A stretch of 64,000 bases of DNA from positions 31,552-95,551 of the forward strand of contig CBFHIG010000001.1 in NCBI GenBank assembly GCA_965655885.1. The letters run 5' to 3'. Origin of the DNA: Flavobacteriaceae bacterium (GTDB taxonomy: Bacteria; Bacteroidota; Bacteroidia; Flavobacteriales; Flavobacteriaceae). This document shows positions 53,079 to 61,867 of the stretch, piece by piece. The translations under genes and the position numbers were made by a program. Positions within the stretch are counted from its first letter, which is position 1, and the number at the start of each line of letters is the position of its first letter. Under the pieces are notes generated by a model, which made no database searches, had not been told where the DNA came from, and saw nothing but the letters and a program-made list of their open reading frames with translations.

Positions 53079-53112
53079 GATGTAAGTTTTTATGATTTAA
53101 ATTATAGCTGTA

Positions 53113-54135
53113 TTATGGATAAATATTTGGGTTTTTATGTTTTTTATTTAAGGTGAATTTTTGATCATTAAGAGTTAATAAAAAGGCAATTAAATCAACT
53201 TTATCTTCCGCAGATAATGTGATACCTTTTTTTAAACTCGGTGCTAAATTGTTGTATAAAACTACTTCGTTTGAATAGTGATTTAATACTTTATTCAAAC
53301 TATTAAATCTGCCATCGTGCATGTAGGGTTTGGTATAGCTTAAATTTCTTAAAGAGGGTATTTTAAATTTTAAACTATCCCTCGATACTTTCGTAATATT
53401 CCACCTTCCAAAATCATTTAGAAAAGTATCTACTTTTAATCCGTTATTTTCGTATTTATTTTCAAAAAAAAGGGGTTCTTTATGACAAGAGTTACAATGT
53501 TCAAGAAATAAATGATATCCTTTTTTTTCTTGTTCTGAAAAAACATCAACTCCTTGTCTTATAGCATCATATTTAGAGTTAACAGATAGCAAAGTGATCT
53601 GGAATTGTGATAAGGCTATTAATACCTGTTCTCCAGTAATAATACTATCTTTAAAAGCCTCATAAAAAAGTTTTGGATAATATGGATGTTGATTTAGCTT
53701 TTTCACAACCGAACCTATATTAGAGCCCATTTCTAGCGGACTGCTTATTGGAGCTAGTGGCTGAAAATCTAAATGATTAATAGCACCATCCCACATAAAT
53801 GAACTCTGCCAGGCAAGATTAAATAAAGGGGGTGCATTTCTAGTTCCAATTTGATCATTAATTCCATGACTTAAATCATGATCTGTATGAGCGAAAGCAT
53901 TATAAGATGAATGACAACTTGCACAAGAGACACTATTATCAGCAGATAGTATGGGGTCGTAGAATATTTTTTTTCCTAATTCTATTTTTTGTTTAGAAAG
54001 AGGTTTGCCTACTAGATCGTAAATAGGTTTAGGGAAATAAGAGGGATATTCAAATACTTCTAAACTCAAATAACTAAACCCAACACAACAAAGGGTCATT
54101 ATAATTAGGATAATTACTTTTGTTTTTTTTATCAT
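53113..54135 (-). CDS. Di-heme cytochrome c peroxidase / MauG-MbnH family protein
   Basis: CASCH and CNSCH heme motifs; RNAP, MWDG and FKIPSLRN..PYMHDG. Confidence 0.92.
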   Translation of the reverse strand: MIKKTKVIILIIMTLCCVGFSYLSLEVFEYPSYFPKPIYDLVGKPLSKQKIELGKKIFYDPILSADNSVSCASCHSSYNAFAHTDHDLSHGINDQIGTRNAPPLFNLAWQSSFMWDGAINHLDFQPLAPISSPLEMGSNIGSVVKKLNQHPYYPKLFYEAFKDSIITGEQVLIALSQFQITLLSVNSKYDAIRQGVDVFSEQEKKGYHLFLEHCNSCHKEPLFFENKYENNGLKVDTFLNDFGRWNITKVSRDSLKFKIPSLRNLSYTKPYMHDGRFNSLNKVLNHYSNEVVLYNNLAPSLKKGITLSAEDKVDLIAFLLTLNDQKFTLNKKHKNPNIYP

Positions 54136-54824
54136 TCTTCTACGTAAAAAACTGTTGAAAAATGTTTGGAAACTACTACAGCTTTTCTATTGGGACTCAA
54201 TATTGTATGGTATCTAGTTACATCAAGATTTGAAAAAAAATCATCGATATTTATTAATATTTCAATTTCTTTATTTTGAGTAACTTCAAGAGTTATGGTC
54301 TGCATCGAAATAAAAGGACTCATATATCCACCTAAATGAAAAGCATATCTGTTTTTTCTAGTTTTAAACTTATTTGAACTACCTTCTAATTTACAGTTGA
54401 TATAACCACTATTCCAAGTCCAGTACATTCCATTTGTAGGATCTAAATCTTGACCATACACACCTGAAACATTTGTAATACTGTCTATTCCAATGTTAAA
54501 TCTAATTTTATTAAATTTTAAGGTATCACTAATTTGAGTTTTTATTCTTTTACTCAAAACATTTTCAAAGTTTATCAAAAAATGTTTTTTATGAACAGAC
54601 GCTAATATAGTTTCATCCATTATAAATTTTACATCGGATATATAAAACTTAAGAACGTCTACCTGAAGACTATCTTGAATAGATTTAAAGTAATACGGTT
54701 TTTCCAATTCTAAAATATCCTTGTTATTAACTAAAGAATTAAAATTTAAACTTACGGTGGAAACCTGCGCGGATGTGCTAAAGGCAGAGATTATTAAAAT
54801 CAATAAACAGATATGTTTCTTCAA
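54132..54824 (-). CDS. MbnP-family exported protein
   Basis: Signal peptide; LKFYISD, FNIGID, GMYWTWNSGY (WxW) and FHLGG; 4-nt overlap with the di-heme gene. Confidence 0.8.
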   Translation of the reverse strand: MKKHICLLILIISAFSTSAQVSTVSLNFNSLVNNKDILELEKPYYFKSIQDSLQVDVLKFYISDVKFIMDETILASVHKKHFLINFENVLSKRIKTQISDTLKFNKIRFNIGIDSITNVSGVYGQDLDPTNGMYWTWNSGYINCKLEGSSNKFKTRKNRYAFHLGGYMSPFISMQTITLEVTQNKEIEILINIDDFFSNLDVTRYHTILSPNRKAVVVSKHFSTVFYVEE

Positions 54825-54875
54825 AGTTTTTTTTAGTTTGACTACAAAAAAATAAAGAAGTTTAATTTAATAGGA

Positions 54876-55781
54876 TTAAATTTTAAAAACTAGACCATCT
54901 TTAGCTAATTCTACATTTTCAAAAATTTGTTTCGCTTCAATTTTAAACTTTTCAATATTTGGATACCTTGTAGAATAATGCCCTAAAATTAATTTTTTTA
55001 CATTGGCTTGTTTAGCAATTTCGGCAGCTTGTTTAGCGGTGCTATGTCTAGTTGCGGCACACAAATGCTCATGTTCGTCTAGAAAAGACGACTCGTGGTA
55101 CAAAACGGTAGTGTTTTTTATAATAGGAATACAAGCAGGGTAAAATTGTGTGTCAGAACAAAAAGCATAAGACTTTGGAGGTTCAGGATTAAAAGTTATT
55201 TTCTCATTTGGTATTGTAACTCCTTTTTCATTAATCACATCAAAACCTTTTTTAATTTTTTGACAGTAGCTAATATCAATGTGGTTTTCTTTTACTGAAT
55301 CAATGTCTACTTTTCGGTCCCCTATTTTTTCCTTAAATAAAAACCCATTCGTATATATTCGGTGTTTTAGAGGTATCGTTTGAACTATTACCTTTTCATC
55401 TTCAAAAATAATTTCAGAATCTTTACTCTTTAATTCATGAAAATTTAATGGAAAATTAACCCAAGATTTACCAAGTTTTAGCTGAAGCATTATCACTTCT
55501 TTTATTCCTTTTGGTCCATAAATGTGCATTTCAGTCTCTCGTCCTAATAATAAAAAAGTTGAAATCAAACCTATCAAACCAAAATAGTGATCGCCATGTA
55601 AGTGAGAAATAAATACATGTTTAATCCTTGAAAATTTAATTTTACAATTTCTTAGTTGCACTTGAGTTCCTTCTCCACAATCTATTAAAAACAAATGATT
55701 TTTTATCGATAGTATTTGAGAGGTCGGTCGAGTTTTTGGCCGCGGAGTTGCAGAGTAACAACCAAGTATTGTTAATTCCAT
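54876..55781 (-). CDS. rnz: Ribonuclease Z
   Basis: DCGEGTQ, SHLHGDH, YHESSF and GHYSTRY motifs. Confidence 0.96.
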   Translation of the reverse strand: MELTILGCYSATPRPKTRPTSQILSIKNHLFLIDCGEGTQVQLRNCKIKFSRIKHVFISHLHGDHYFGLIGLISTFLLLGRETEMHIYGPKGIKEVIMLQLKLGKSWVNFPLNFHELKSKDSEIIFEDEKVIVQTIPLKHRIYTNGFLFKEKIGDRKVDIDSVKENHIDISYCQKIKKGFDVINEKGVTIPNEKITFNPEPPKSYAFCSDTQFYPACIPIIKNTTVLYHESSFLDEHEHLCAATRHSTAKQAAEIAKQANVKKLILGHYSTRYPNIEKFKIEAKQIFENVELAKDGLVFKI

Positions 55782-55790
55782 AAAAAAAGT

Positions 55791-56126
55791 TTACATCCCT
55801 AATTCACGTTCTATAGTTTCCATCTCGATGATGTCTTTAGCTTCTTGAAGCGATGGAACAACCAAAATATCATCTGGTATTTCATTAAGATTAATTTGAT
55901 TGTTTATAATAACGAAAGAATTATTAGATTTTCTAAAAATAGTAGCTAATTCAGAAAATAAACTTAGTTTTTCTAAACTAAATCCATCAAATTCTAATAA
56001 ATTAATAATTATATTTTTACCACTTAATTGAATATTGGATTTTGGATTTAAAGAAGTTATAAAATCATCAAAATTATTGATCTTATCTTTTACAATAATG
56101 AAATTTTCATGAGTATCAATTTTCAT
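55791..56126 (-). CDS. Conserved hypothetical protein between pyrB and rnz
   Basis: ORF track; C-terminal VPSLQEAKDIIEMETIERELG typical of this Flavobacteriaceae family. Confidence 0.78.
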   Translation of the reverse strand: MKIDTHENFIIVKDKINNFDDFITSLNPKSNIQLSGKNIIINLLEFDGFSLEKLSLFSELATIFRKSNNSFVIINNQINLNEIPDDILVVPSLQEAKDIIEMETIERELGM

Positions 56127-57054
56127 TTTTTTGTAGTTTTGAAGCTAATAAATATAAAACCGCCATTCTTATAGCTACACCGTTTTCAACTTGATTTAAA
56201 ATTATAGCTTGTTTGCTATCTGCTACATCACTAGTGATTTCAACACCCCTATTAATAGGCCCTGGATGCATTATTATAATTTCTTTATCTAAAGAATCTA
56301 AAATCTTTTTATTTAATCCAAATTGTTGAGTATACTCCCGGGTAGTTGGAAAATAGCTGATATCCATCCTTTCATTTTGGACCCTTAACATATTTGCAAC
56401 ATCGCACCATTCTAGTGCTTTTTTAAGATTTAATTCTACGGTTACTCCTAAAGAAGTGATATGCTTTGGAATTAATGTTTTCGGACCGCAAACTTTTACA
56501 TTTGCTCCTAATTTTTTTAAGGCAAAAATATTAGACAAAGCCACTCTTGAATGTAATATATCACCAACAATTAGAATGTTTTTACCAGCTACTTCTCCAA
56601 ATTGTTCTCTGATGGAATAACTATCTAATAGAGCTTGTGTAGGATGTTCATGAGCGCCGTCACCAGCGTTAATAATGCTTGCATTAATATGTTTAGATAA
56701 AAAAATACTAGCTCCTGGATTGGAATGCCTCATTACTACCATGTCGACTTTCATGGAGAGAATGTTATTTACGGTATCTATAAGTGTTTCTCCTTTCTTT
56801 ACTGAAGATGAAGATGCTGAAAAATTAACTACATCAGCAGACAAACGTTTTTCAGCTAACTCAAAAGACAATCGAGTTCTTGTACTATTTTCAAAAAAAA
56901 GATTAGCAATAGTAATATCTCTTAAGGAGGGTACTTTTTTAATTGACCTATTAATTACTTCTTTAAAATGATCCGCTGTTTCAAAGATTAAATTAATATC
57001 ATCTTTATTAATATACTTTATACCTAATAAGTGTTTTACACTTAGTTCACTCAT
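56116..57054 (-). CDS. pyrB: Aspartate carbamoyltransferase catalytic subunit
   Basis: FFENSTRT, HEHPTQ and MHPGP motifs. Confidence 0.97.
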   Translation of the reverse strand: MSELSVKHLLGIKYINKDDINLIFETADHFKEVINRSIKKVPSLRDITIANLFFENSTRTRLSFELAEKRLSADVVNFSASSSSVKKGETLIDTVNNILSMKVDMVVMRHSNPGASIFLSKHINASIINAGDGAHEHPTQALLDSYSIREQFGEVAGKNILIVGDILHSRVALSNIFALKKLGANVKVCGPKTLIPKHITSLGVTVELNLKKALEWCDVANMLRVQNERMDISYFPTTREYTQQFGLNKKILDSLDKEIIIMHPGPINRGVEITSDVADSKQAIILNQVENGVAIRMAVLYLLASKLQKNEN

Positions 57055-57063
57055 AGTTTTTTT

Positions 57064-57603
57064 TTAATTATTAATTAAATAAACTGCGTCTAAACCATCA
57101 TTTTCTTTCCAACAAACTTTTACTTTTTCGTTATTAATTGCATCTACTTGCCTACCTCTATAATCCGGTTGAATTGGCAGATGCCTACTAAAACGTCGAT
57201 CAATAAAGGTTAGTAATTCTATTTCTAGTGGCCTGCCAAAGGACTGTATAGCAGTTAAAGCTGCTCTGATGCTTCTTCCTGTATAAAGTACATCATCAAC
57301 AAAGACTACTTTTTTATTTTCAATTACAAAATCGATATTCGTTGTGCTGGCTTCAATTGGTTTGTCGTTTCGTCTAAAGTCGTCTCTATAAAAAGTGATG
57401 TCTAGATAACCTAATTCAATATTTTTAACCTTATAGGAGGTTTCTAAAAGTAATTTTATTCTTTCTGCTAAAAATATTCCTCTTGGTTGTATTCCAATTA
57501 AAACAGTTTCTGAAAAGGTATCGTGATTTTCTATTAATTGACAAGCCAAGCGATGAAGCGCAATATTCACTTCTGTAGTATTGAGTAACACTTTTTGACT
57601 CAT
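57064..57603 (-). CDS. pyrR: PyrR / uracil phosphoribosyltransferase
   Basis: LDITFYRDD, VDDVLYTGR and LPIQPDY motifs. Confidence 0.95.
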   Translation of the reverse strand: MSQKVLLNTTEVNIALHRLACQLIENHDTFSETVLIGIQPRGIFLAERIKLLLETSYKVKNIELGYLDITFYRDDFRRNDKPIEASTTNIDFVIENKKVVFVDDVLYTGRSIRAALTAIQSFGRPLEIELLTFIDRRFSRHLPIQPDYRGRQVDAINNEKVKVCWKENDGLDAVYLINN

Positions 57604-57669
57604 AGGTAGATTCTAAACTTTTGTTCAGGACACAAAAATACTATTTTTTTTGTGTTTTTCAATTTTGTT

Positions 57670-57704
57670 AAAAAAAAAGCCTCACTAATATTAGTGAGGC
57701 TTTT
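57670..57704 (-). terminator. Terminator after rpsA
   Basis: Perfect inverted repeat AAAAGCCTCACTAATATTAGTGAGGCTTTT with long U-tract on minus strand. Confidence 0.88.
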
Positions 57705-57723
57705 AGCTTAAAGTAAAAAATTA

Positions 57724-59592
57724 TTACTTTTTACCATCCATTTTATCTTTAAGAGCTTGTAATTTCTCATTAGCATCTCCTAGGGTTGGTTTAGCTTCCT
57801 CAGCAGCTTTTGCTTGCTTCTTTGCAGCTTGCTTTACTATTTTTGCTTCTTCTTCTTTATGTATCGTCATGTGAGAAGCAACTACTTTTTTGAAATCCTT
57901 ATTGAATTCAATAATTTCAAATTGCGCTTCTTCTCCTTTTTGAAGTTTAGAGCCATCTTCTTTCTCTAGATGTCTAAATGGTACAAATGCAACTATTTCA
58001 TCATTAAAATTGATTGTAGCACCTTTATCTACCATTTCAGCAATTGAAGCTGTATGCTTTGTACCAACAGCAAATTCCTCTTGGAATTTATCCCAAGGAT
58101 TTTCTGTAGTTTGCTTATGGCCTAAACTTAACTTACGTCCTTCTACATCTAGTTCCAAAACAACAACGTCTAATTGGTCACCAACATTCGTAAATTCACT
58201 TGGATGCTTAATCTTTTTAGTCCAAGATAAATCACTAATGTAAATCAATCCGTCAATACCTTCTTCCATCTCAACAAAAACACCGAAGTTCGTAAAATTA
58301 CGCACGGTACCTTTATGACTTGAACCTACTGGGTATTTTTTGGTAATATCGGTCCATGGATCAGGGGTAATTTGTTTGATTCCTAATGACATTTTTCGAG
58401 TTTCGCGATCTAAGGTTAAAATTACCGCATCGACTTCATCACCTACGGTAACAAAATCTTGAGCACTTCTTAAATGTGTAGACCAAGACATTTCGCTTAC
58501 ATGAATTAAACCTTCAACACCATCCGCTACTTCAATAAATGCTCCGTAATCAGCAATGACAACAACTTTACCTTTAACTTTGTCACCAACTTTAACTTCT
58601 TCACCTAATGAATCCCAAGGGTGTTTGCTTAATTGTTTTAATCCTAATTGTATACGAGATTTATTCTCATCAAAATCAAGGATAACCACATTTAATTTTT
58701 GATCAAGTTCTACAATCTCATTTGGGTGATTAATTCTAGACCAAGAAAGATCAGTAATGTGAACCAAACCGTCTACGCCTCCAAGATCTACAAAAACACC
58801 ATAAGAGGTTATATTTTTAACTACACCTTCTAAAACTTGACCTTTTTCTAATTGACCAATAATTTCTTTTTTCTGTTCTTCTATGTCCGCTTCGATAAGT
58901 GCTTTATGAGATACTACAACATTTTTAAATTCATGATTAATTTTCACAACTTTAAATTCCATCGTTTTATCAACATAAACGTCATAGTCACGAATTGGTT
59001 TAACATCTATTTGTGAACCCGGTAAAAATGCTTCAATTCCGAATACATCTACAATCATACCTCCTTTGGTACGACACTTTACAAATCCATTAACAATTGT
59101 TCCTTCATCGTGTGCTTTATTTACACGCTCCCATGCTTTAATTGTTCTAGCTTTTCGGTGTGATAAAATTAATTGTCCCGTACTGTCTTCTCGAACATCA
59201 ATAAGTACTTCTACTTTATCACCAACTTTTAAGCCAGGATTATATCTAAATTCATTCAAGGATATAACACCTTCAGATTTTGCGTTGATATCAATAATAG
59301 CGTCACGATCAGTGATAAATACAACTTCACCATCTACAACCTCGTCGTCCAGTGTATCGACAAAGTTATCAGCTACTAATTTTTCAAATTCTTCTAATTT
59401 ACCGTCATCAATAGGATCAATTCCTTCTTGATAATTGTGCCAGTTAAAATCTTTTAAAAAAGCTGCTGGGTCTTTTTCTTTGAGAGAAATTTCTTTTTTT
59501 GGAGCTTCGCTTACAGGTTGTTCTGGAGTTTCAACTGTTGCTTCTGCAACTACTACATCCTGCACTTCTTCTTTAGTTTCTTTTTTAGCCAT
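57724..59592 (-). CDS. rpsA: 30S ribosomal protein S1
   Basis: Tandem S1 domains (AFLPGSQ, DGLVHITDLSW, EGLIHVSEMSW). Confidence 0.98.
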   Translation of the reverse strand: MAKKETKEEVQDVVVAEATVETPEQPVSEAPKKEISLKEKDPAAFLKDFNWHNYQEGIDPIDDGKLEEFEKLVADNFVDTLDDEVVDGEVVFITDRDAIIDINAKSEGVISLNEFRYNPGLKVGDKVEVLIDVREDSTGQLILSHRKARTIKAWERVNKAHDEGTIVNGFVKCRTKGGMIVDVFGIEAFLPGSQIDVKPIRDYDVYVDKTMEFKVVKINHEFKNVVVSHKALIEADIEEQKKEIIGQLEKGQVLEGVVKNITSYGVFVDLGGVDGLVHITDLSWSRINHPNEIVELDQKLNVVILDFDENKSRIQLGLKQLSKHPWDSLGEEVKVGDKVKGKVVVIADYGAFIEVADGVEGLIHVSEMSWSTHLRSAQDFVTVGDEVDAVILTLDRETRKMSLGIKQITPDPWTDITKKYPVGSSHKGTVRNFTNFGVFVEMEEGIDGLIYISDLSWTKKIKHPSEFTNVGDQLDVVVLELDVEGRKLSLGHKQTTENPWDKFQEEFAVGTKHTASIAEMVDKGATINFNDEIVAFVPFRHLEKEDGSKLQKGEEAQFEIIEFNKDFKKVVASHMTIHKEEEAKIVKQAAKKQAKAAEEAKPTLGDANEKLQALKDKMDGKK

Positions 59593-59751
59593 CTGCTAAT
59601 ATTTTATTTTTAGTTTCTATAAACTAAAAATATGTTTTTTTGTATTCTGTGTTTAAAAAGAAATTATGCAACTTCAACACAGAAGCGTTAATTATTTGAT
59701 TTATATTTTTTCCTTTTTTTCTTATTTGTTGCTAAAAGGAGTGCAAAATTA
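59593..59751 (-). promoter_or_regulatory. rpsA promoter and structured 5' leader
   Basis: TAATTTTG on minus strand at 59744-59751; inverted repeats TCCTTTT/AAAAGGA and TTCTGTGTT/AACACAGAA in the leader. Confidence 0.55.
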
Positions 59752-59862
59752 CTGCTTATTTATTAATTTTCAAAAAAAAACAATATAAAAGAATTGTATC
59801 AATTGTAATCATATTTAGGGTTTATAAGGTTTATAATCCACAAAAAATAAATAAAATTTAGA

Positions 59863-60198
59863 TTATAAAATCCTAAGTCCGTTTTCAACTACTAATTTTG
59901 GCTGAATTAGGGTTACTTCTTTATCTTTTACCGTACCAAGAACTAAACATTCACTCATAAAATTTGCAATTTGTTTTTTTGGAAAATTAATCACTGCAAT
60001 AACCTGTTTATTCATCAAATCCTCTTTCTTATAAAGTACAGTAATTTGAGCAGAAGATTTTTTAATACCAATTTTTTTTCCAAAATCTATCGTTAACTTG
60101 TAAGCAGGGTTCTTTAATCCAGGAAAATCTTCAACGTTAATAATAGTTCCTACTCTCATATCTATTTTTTCAAAATCGGTCCAACTTAATTTATTCAT
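59863..60198 (-). CDS. csaA: tRNA-binding protein / CsaA (Trbp111 family)
   Basis: DMRVGTI, SSAQIT and NFPKKQIANFMSECLVLG motifs. Confidence 0.9.
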   Translation of the reverse strand: MNKLSWTDFEKIDMRVGTIINVEDFPGLKNPAYKLTIDFGKKIGIKKSSAQITVLYKKEDLMNKQVIAVINFPKKQIANFMSECLVLGTVKDKEVTLIQPKLVVENGLRIL

Positions 60199-60244
60199 AT
60201 TATTATTGTAATTTTAATCATCAATATTTAAAATTACTAAAAAA

Positions 60245-60799
60245 ATGTCATTGACTCCATCTAATATGGTTCCTTTAGGCACAAAAGCTCCAGATTTTAA
60301 TCTAAAAGATGCTGTTACGTTAAATCAAGTTTCGTTAAATTTAATAAAAGGTCAAAAAGGGACAATAATAATGTTTATCTGTAATCATTGCCCTTTTGTG
60401 GTTCATGTAAAAGATGAAATTGTCAAAATCGCAAATGAATATTTAAAAAAAGGTGTTGGATTTGTAGCCATTAATAGTAATGATATTGTAAAATATCCAG
60501 AAGACTCTCCTTATAATATGTTAAAATTCGCGGTGAAATATAAATTTAGTTTTCCCTATCTTTTTGATGAGACACAAAAAATCGCAAAAGCATATGGTGC
60601 TGCCTGCACTCCAGACTTTTTCTTGTTCGATAAAAATCTTAAATTGATTTACAGAGGACAACTTGACGACTCAAGACCAACCAATAAAAAAACCGTAACA
60701 GGGAATGATTTGAGAATTGCATTGGATAGAGTGGTAAAAGAACAAGCTCAAAAAAAAGAACAAAAACCAAGCATTGGATGCAATATTAAATGGAAATAA
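60245..60799 (+). CDS. Thioredoxin-like AhpC/TSA family protein
   Basis: FICNHCPFV, ACTPDF and SIGCNIKW motifs. Confidence 0.92.
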   Translation: MSLTPSNMVPLGTKAPDFNLKDAVTLNQVSLNLIKGQKGTIIMFICNHCPFVVHVKDEIVKIANEYLKKGVGFVAINSNDIVKYPEDSPYNMLKFAVKYKFSFPYLFDETQKIAKAYGAACTPDFFLFDKNLKLIYRGQLDDSRPTNKKTVTGNDLRIALDRVVKEQAQKKEQKPSIGCNIKWK

Positions 60800-60824
60800 A
60801 AAGCAACCCTTTGGGCTGCTTTTT
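60798..60824. terminator. Bidirectional terminator
   Basis: AAAAAGCAACCC-ttt-GGGCTGCTTTTT between convergent genes. Confidence 0.75.
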
Positions 60825-60841
60825 ATTATAGAAAATTACTG

Positions 60842-61774
60842 TTATTTTATATCCATTAACTCAACATCAAATATTAGAGTAGCGCCCGGAGGTATTACTC
60901 CTCCAGCACCAGCTTCACCATAGGCCAACTCAGATGGTATTACAAAACGAGCTTTATCACCTTTGTTTAACAATAAAACTCCTTCATCCCATCCAGGAAT
61001 TACATTACCCATTCCAACTGGAAATTCGATAGGGTTCCCTCTTTTATAAGAATCGTCAAAGACACCACCATCTATAAACATACCTTTATAATGAACCGAT
61101 ACAACTTGCCCCTTGCTTGGTTTAGACCCAGCACCGTTTTGAATAATTTTATAACGAAGTCCGGTGGACGTCTTCTCAAAACCCTCAGAAACCTTTCCTA
61201 ATAGTTCATCTTGTGTTTTCTTTGCTGCTGCTAAACGCTCTGCTTTTGCTCCAGTAAATTGTCTAAAAGTTTCAACAGAATTCCAGCTTTCAGCTTCTTC
61301 ACCTACTCTTATTATAGTTACTTTATCCATAATATCGTCTTGCTCTATGGTATTTACAATATCCATTCCTTCGATAACATTACCAAAAACGGAATGTTTG
61401 TTATCTAACCATGGAGTTTCCACATGAGTAATAAAAAACTGACTACCATTAGATCCTGGCCCTGAATTTGCCATTGAAAGAACTCCTGGAGAGTCATGTC
61501 TTAATTCTGGATGAAACTCATCATCAAATTGATATCCAGGTCCACCAACTCCAGTACCTTGTGGGTCACCCCCTTGTATCATAAAATCTGGAATAACTCT
61601 GTGAAACTTTAAGCCGTCATAGTAAGGAGTGCCTTGAGGTTTAGCATCGTTCTCAAGTTTACCCTCTACAAGAGAAACAAAATTCCCAACTGTTCCAGGT
61701 GTTAATTTATATGTAAGGTTTATTAAGATATCTCCCTTAGCTGTTTCAAATTTTGCATAAATACCATCTTGCAT
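60842..61774 (-). CDS. Peptidyl-prolyl isomerase, cyclophilin-FKBP fusion
   Basis: Cyclophilin (FHRVIPDFMIQGGDP, NGSQFFIT) + FKBP (VHYKG, VIPGWDEG, LAYG); promoter element TACCTTTG at 61799-61806. Confidence 0.95.
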   Translation of the reverse strand: MQDGIYAKFETAKGDILINLTYKLTPGTVGNFVSLVEGKLENDAKPQGTPYYDGLKFHRVIPDFMIQGGDPQGTGVGGPGYQFDDEFHPELRHDSPGVLSMANSGPGSNGSQFFITHVETPWLDNKHSVFGNVIEGMDIVNTIEQDDIMDKVTIIRVGEEAESWNSVETFRQFTGAKAERLAAAKKTQDELLGKVSEGFEKTSTGLRYKIIQNGAGSKPSKGQVVSVHYKGMFIDGGVFDDSYKRGNPIEFPVGMGNVIPGWDEGVLLLNKGDKARFVIPSELAYGEAGAGGVIPPGATLIFDVELMDIK

Positions 61775-61867
61775 TTTTATATTTTTTTAAATGAGGTGCA
61801 AAGGTACATATTCAATTATCTAATTCATAAAAATTTTGTGAAGTATTATTTAAATGCAGTATAGGTT

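Noticed and set aside
57604-57669. PyrR attenuator leader
   Set aside because: No PyrR-binding loop consensus; promoter element is ~30 nt from the ATG; the nearby hairpin is the rpsA terminator
59820-59845. GTTTATAA tandem and TAATCCACA DnaA-box-like 9-mer
   Set aside because: Single mismatched box in AT-rich DNA; expected by chance
60842-61774. Cyclophilin-FKBP fusion as a novelty
   Set aside because: Dual-family immunophilins are already known in Flavobacteria
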